A DNA stretch of 64,000 nucleotides. Source: a phage. This document shows, piece by piece, positions 62,696 through 64,000 of the stretch (its first letter is position 1; every line of letters starts with the position of its first letter). The notes below the pieces were generated by a model. The model was not told the DNA's origin. It worked only from the letters and a program-made list of their open reading frames with translations, and did not search any database. A program made the position numbers and the translations under genes. Location: the sequence record PZ445526.1; one strand, written 5' to 3'.

Positions 62696-64000
<1,305 letters not shown>

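Overview
This window is a segment of a T4-type (T-even, Tequatrovirus-like) phage genome, colinear with the T4 map from gene 44 to the start of gene 16. Positions 1-45229 are almost entirely minus-strand early/middle genes: 44 (partial), 45, rpbA, 46, 47, a-gt, 55, nrdH/nrdG/nrdD, 49, pin, nrdC, a hyperplastic block of hypothetical ORFs, rI, tk, regB, a GrcA-like gene, internal proteins, lysozyme e, nudE, small membrane proteins, a 10-tRNA cluster, 57B/57A, 1, 3, 2 and 4. Positions 45277-64000 are plus-strand late baseplate and tail genes: 53, 5, 5.1, 5.4, 6, 7, 8, 9, 10, 11, 12, wac, 13, 14, 15 and the start of 16. Gene names rest on protein lengths, motifs and my recall of T4 sequences; no database search was run. 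From recall, the window differs from T4 itself: nrdD is one uninterrupted ORF (no intron), there is no denV and no mobD-like homing endonuclease, the tRNA cluster has two extra tRNAs (Asn, Tyr), and the internal-protein loci carry a different set of genes. The provided ORF track uses GTG/TTG starts, so many ORFs carry artificial N-terminal extensions read through a conserved early-promoter/5'UTR cassette; I trimmed these to the ATG behind the GAGGA-type ribosome-binding site where I checked them. The most interesting candidates are the array of capsid-targeted internal-protein genes, a macro-domain-like protein, a nucleotidyltransferase next to an AAA ATPase, a four-gene coiled-coil paralog family, a mosaic GrcA-like gene, and a structured non-coding region beside the tRNAs.
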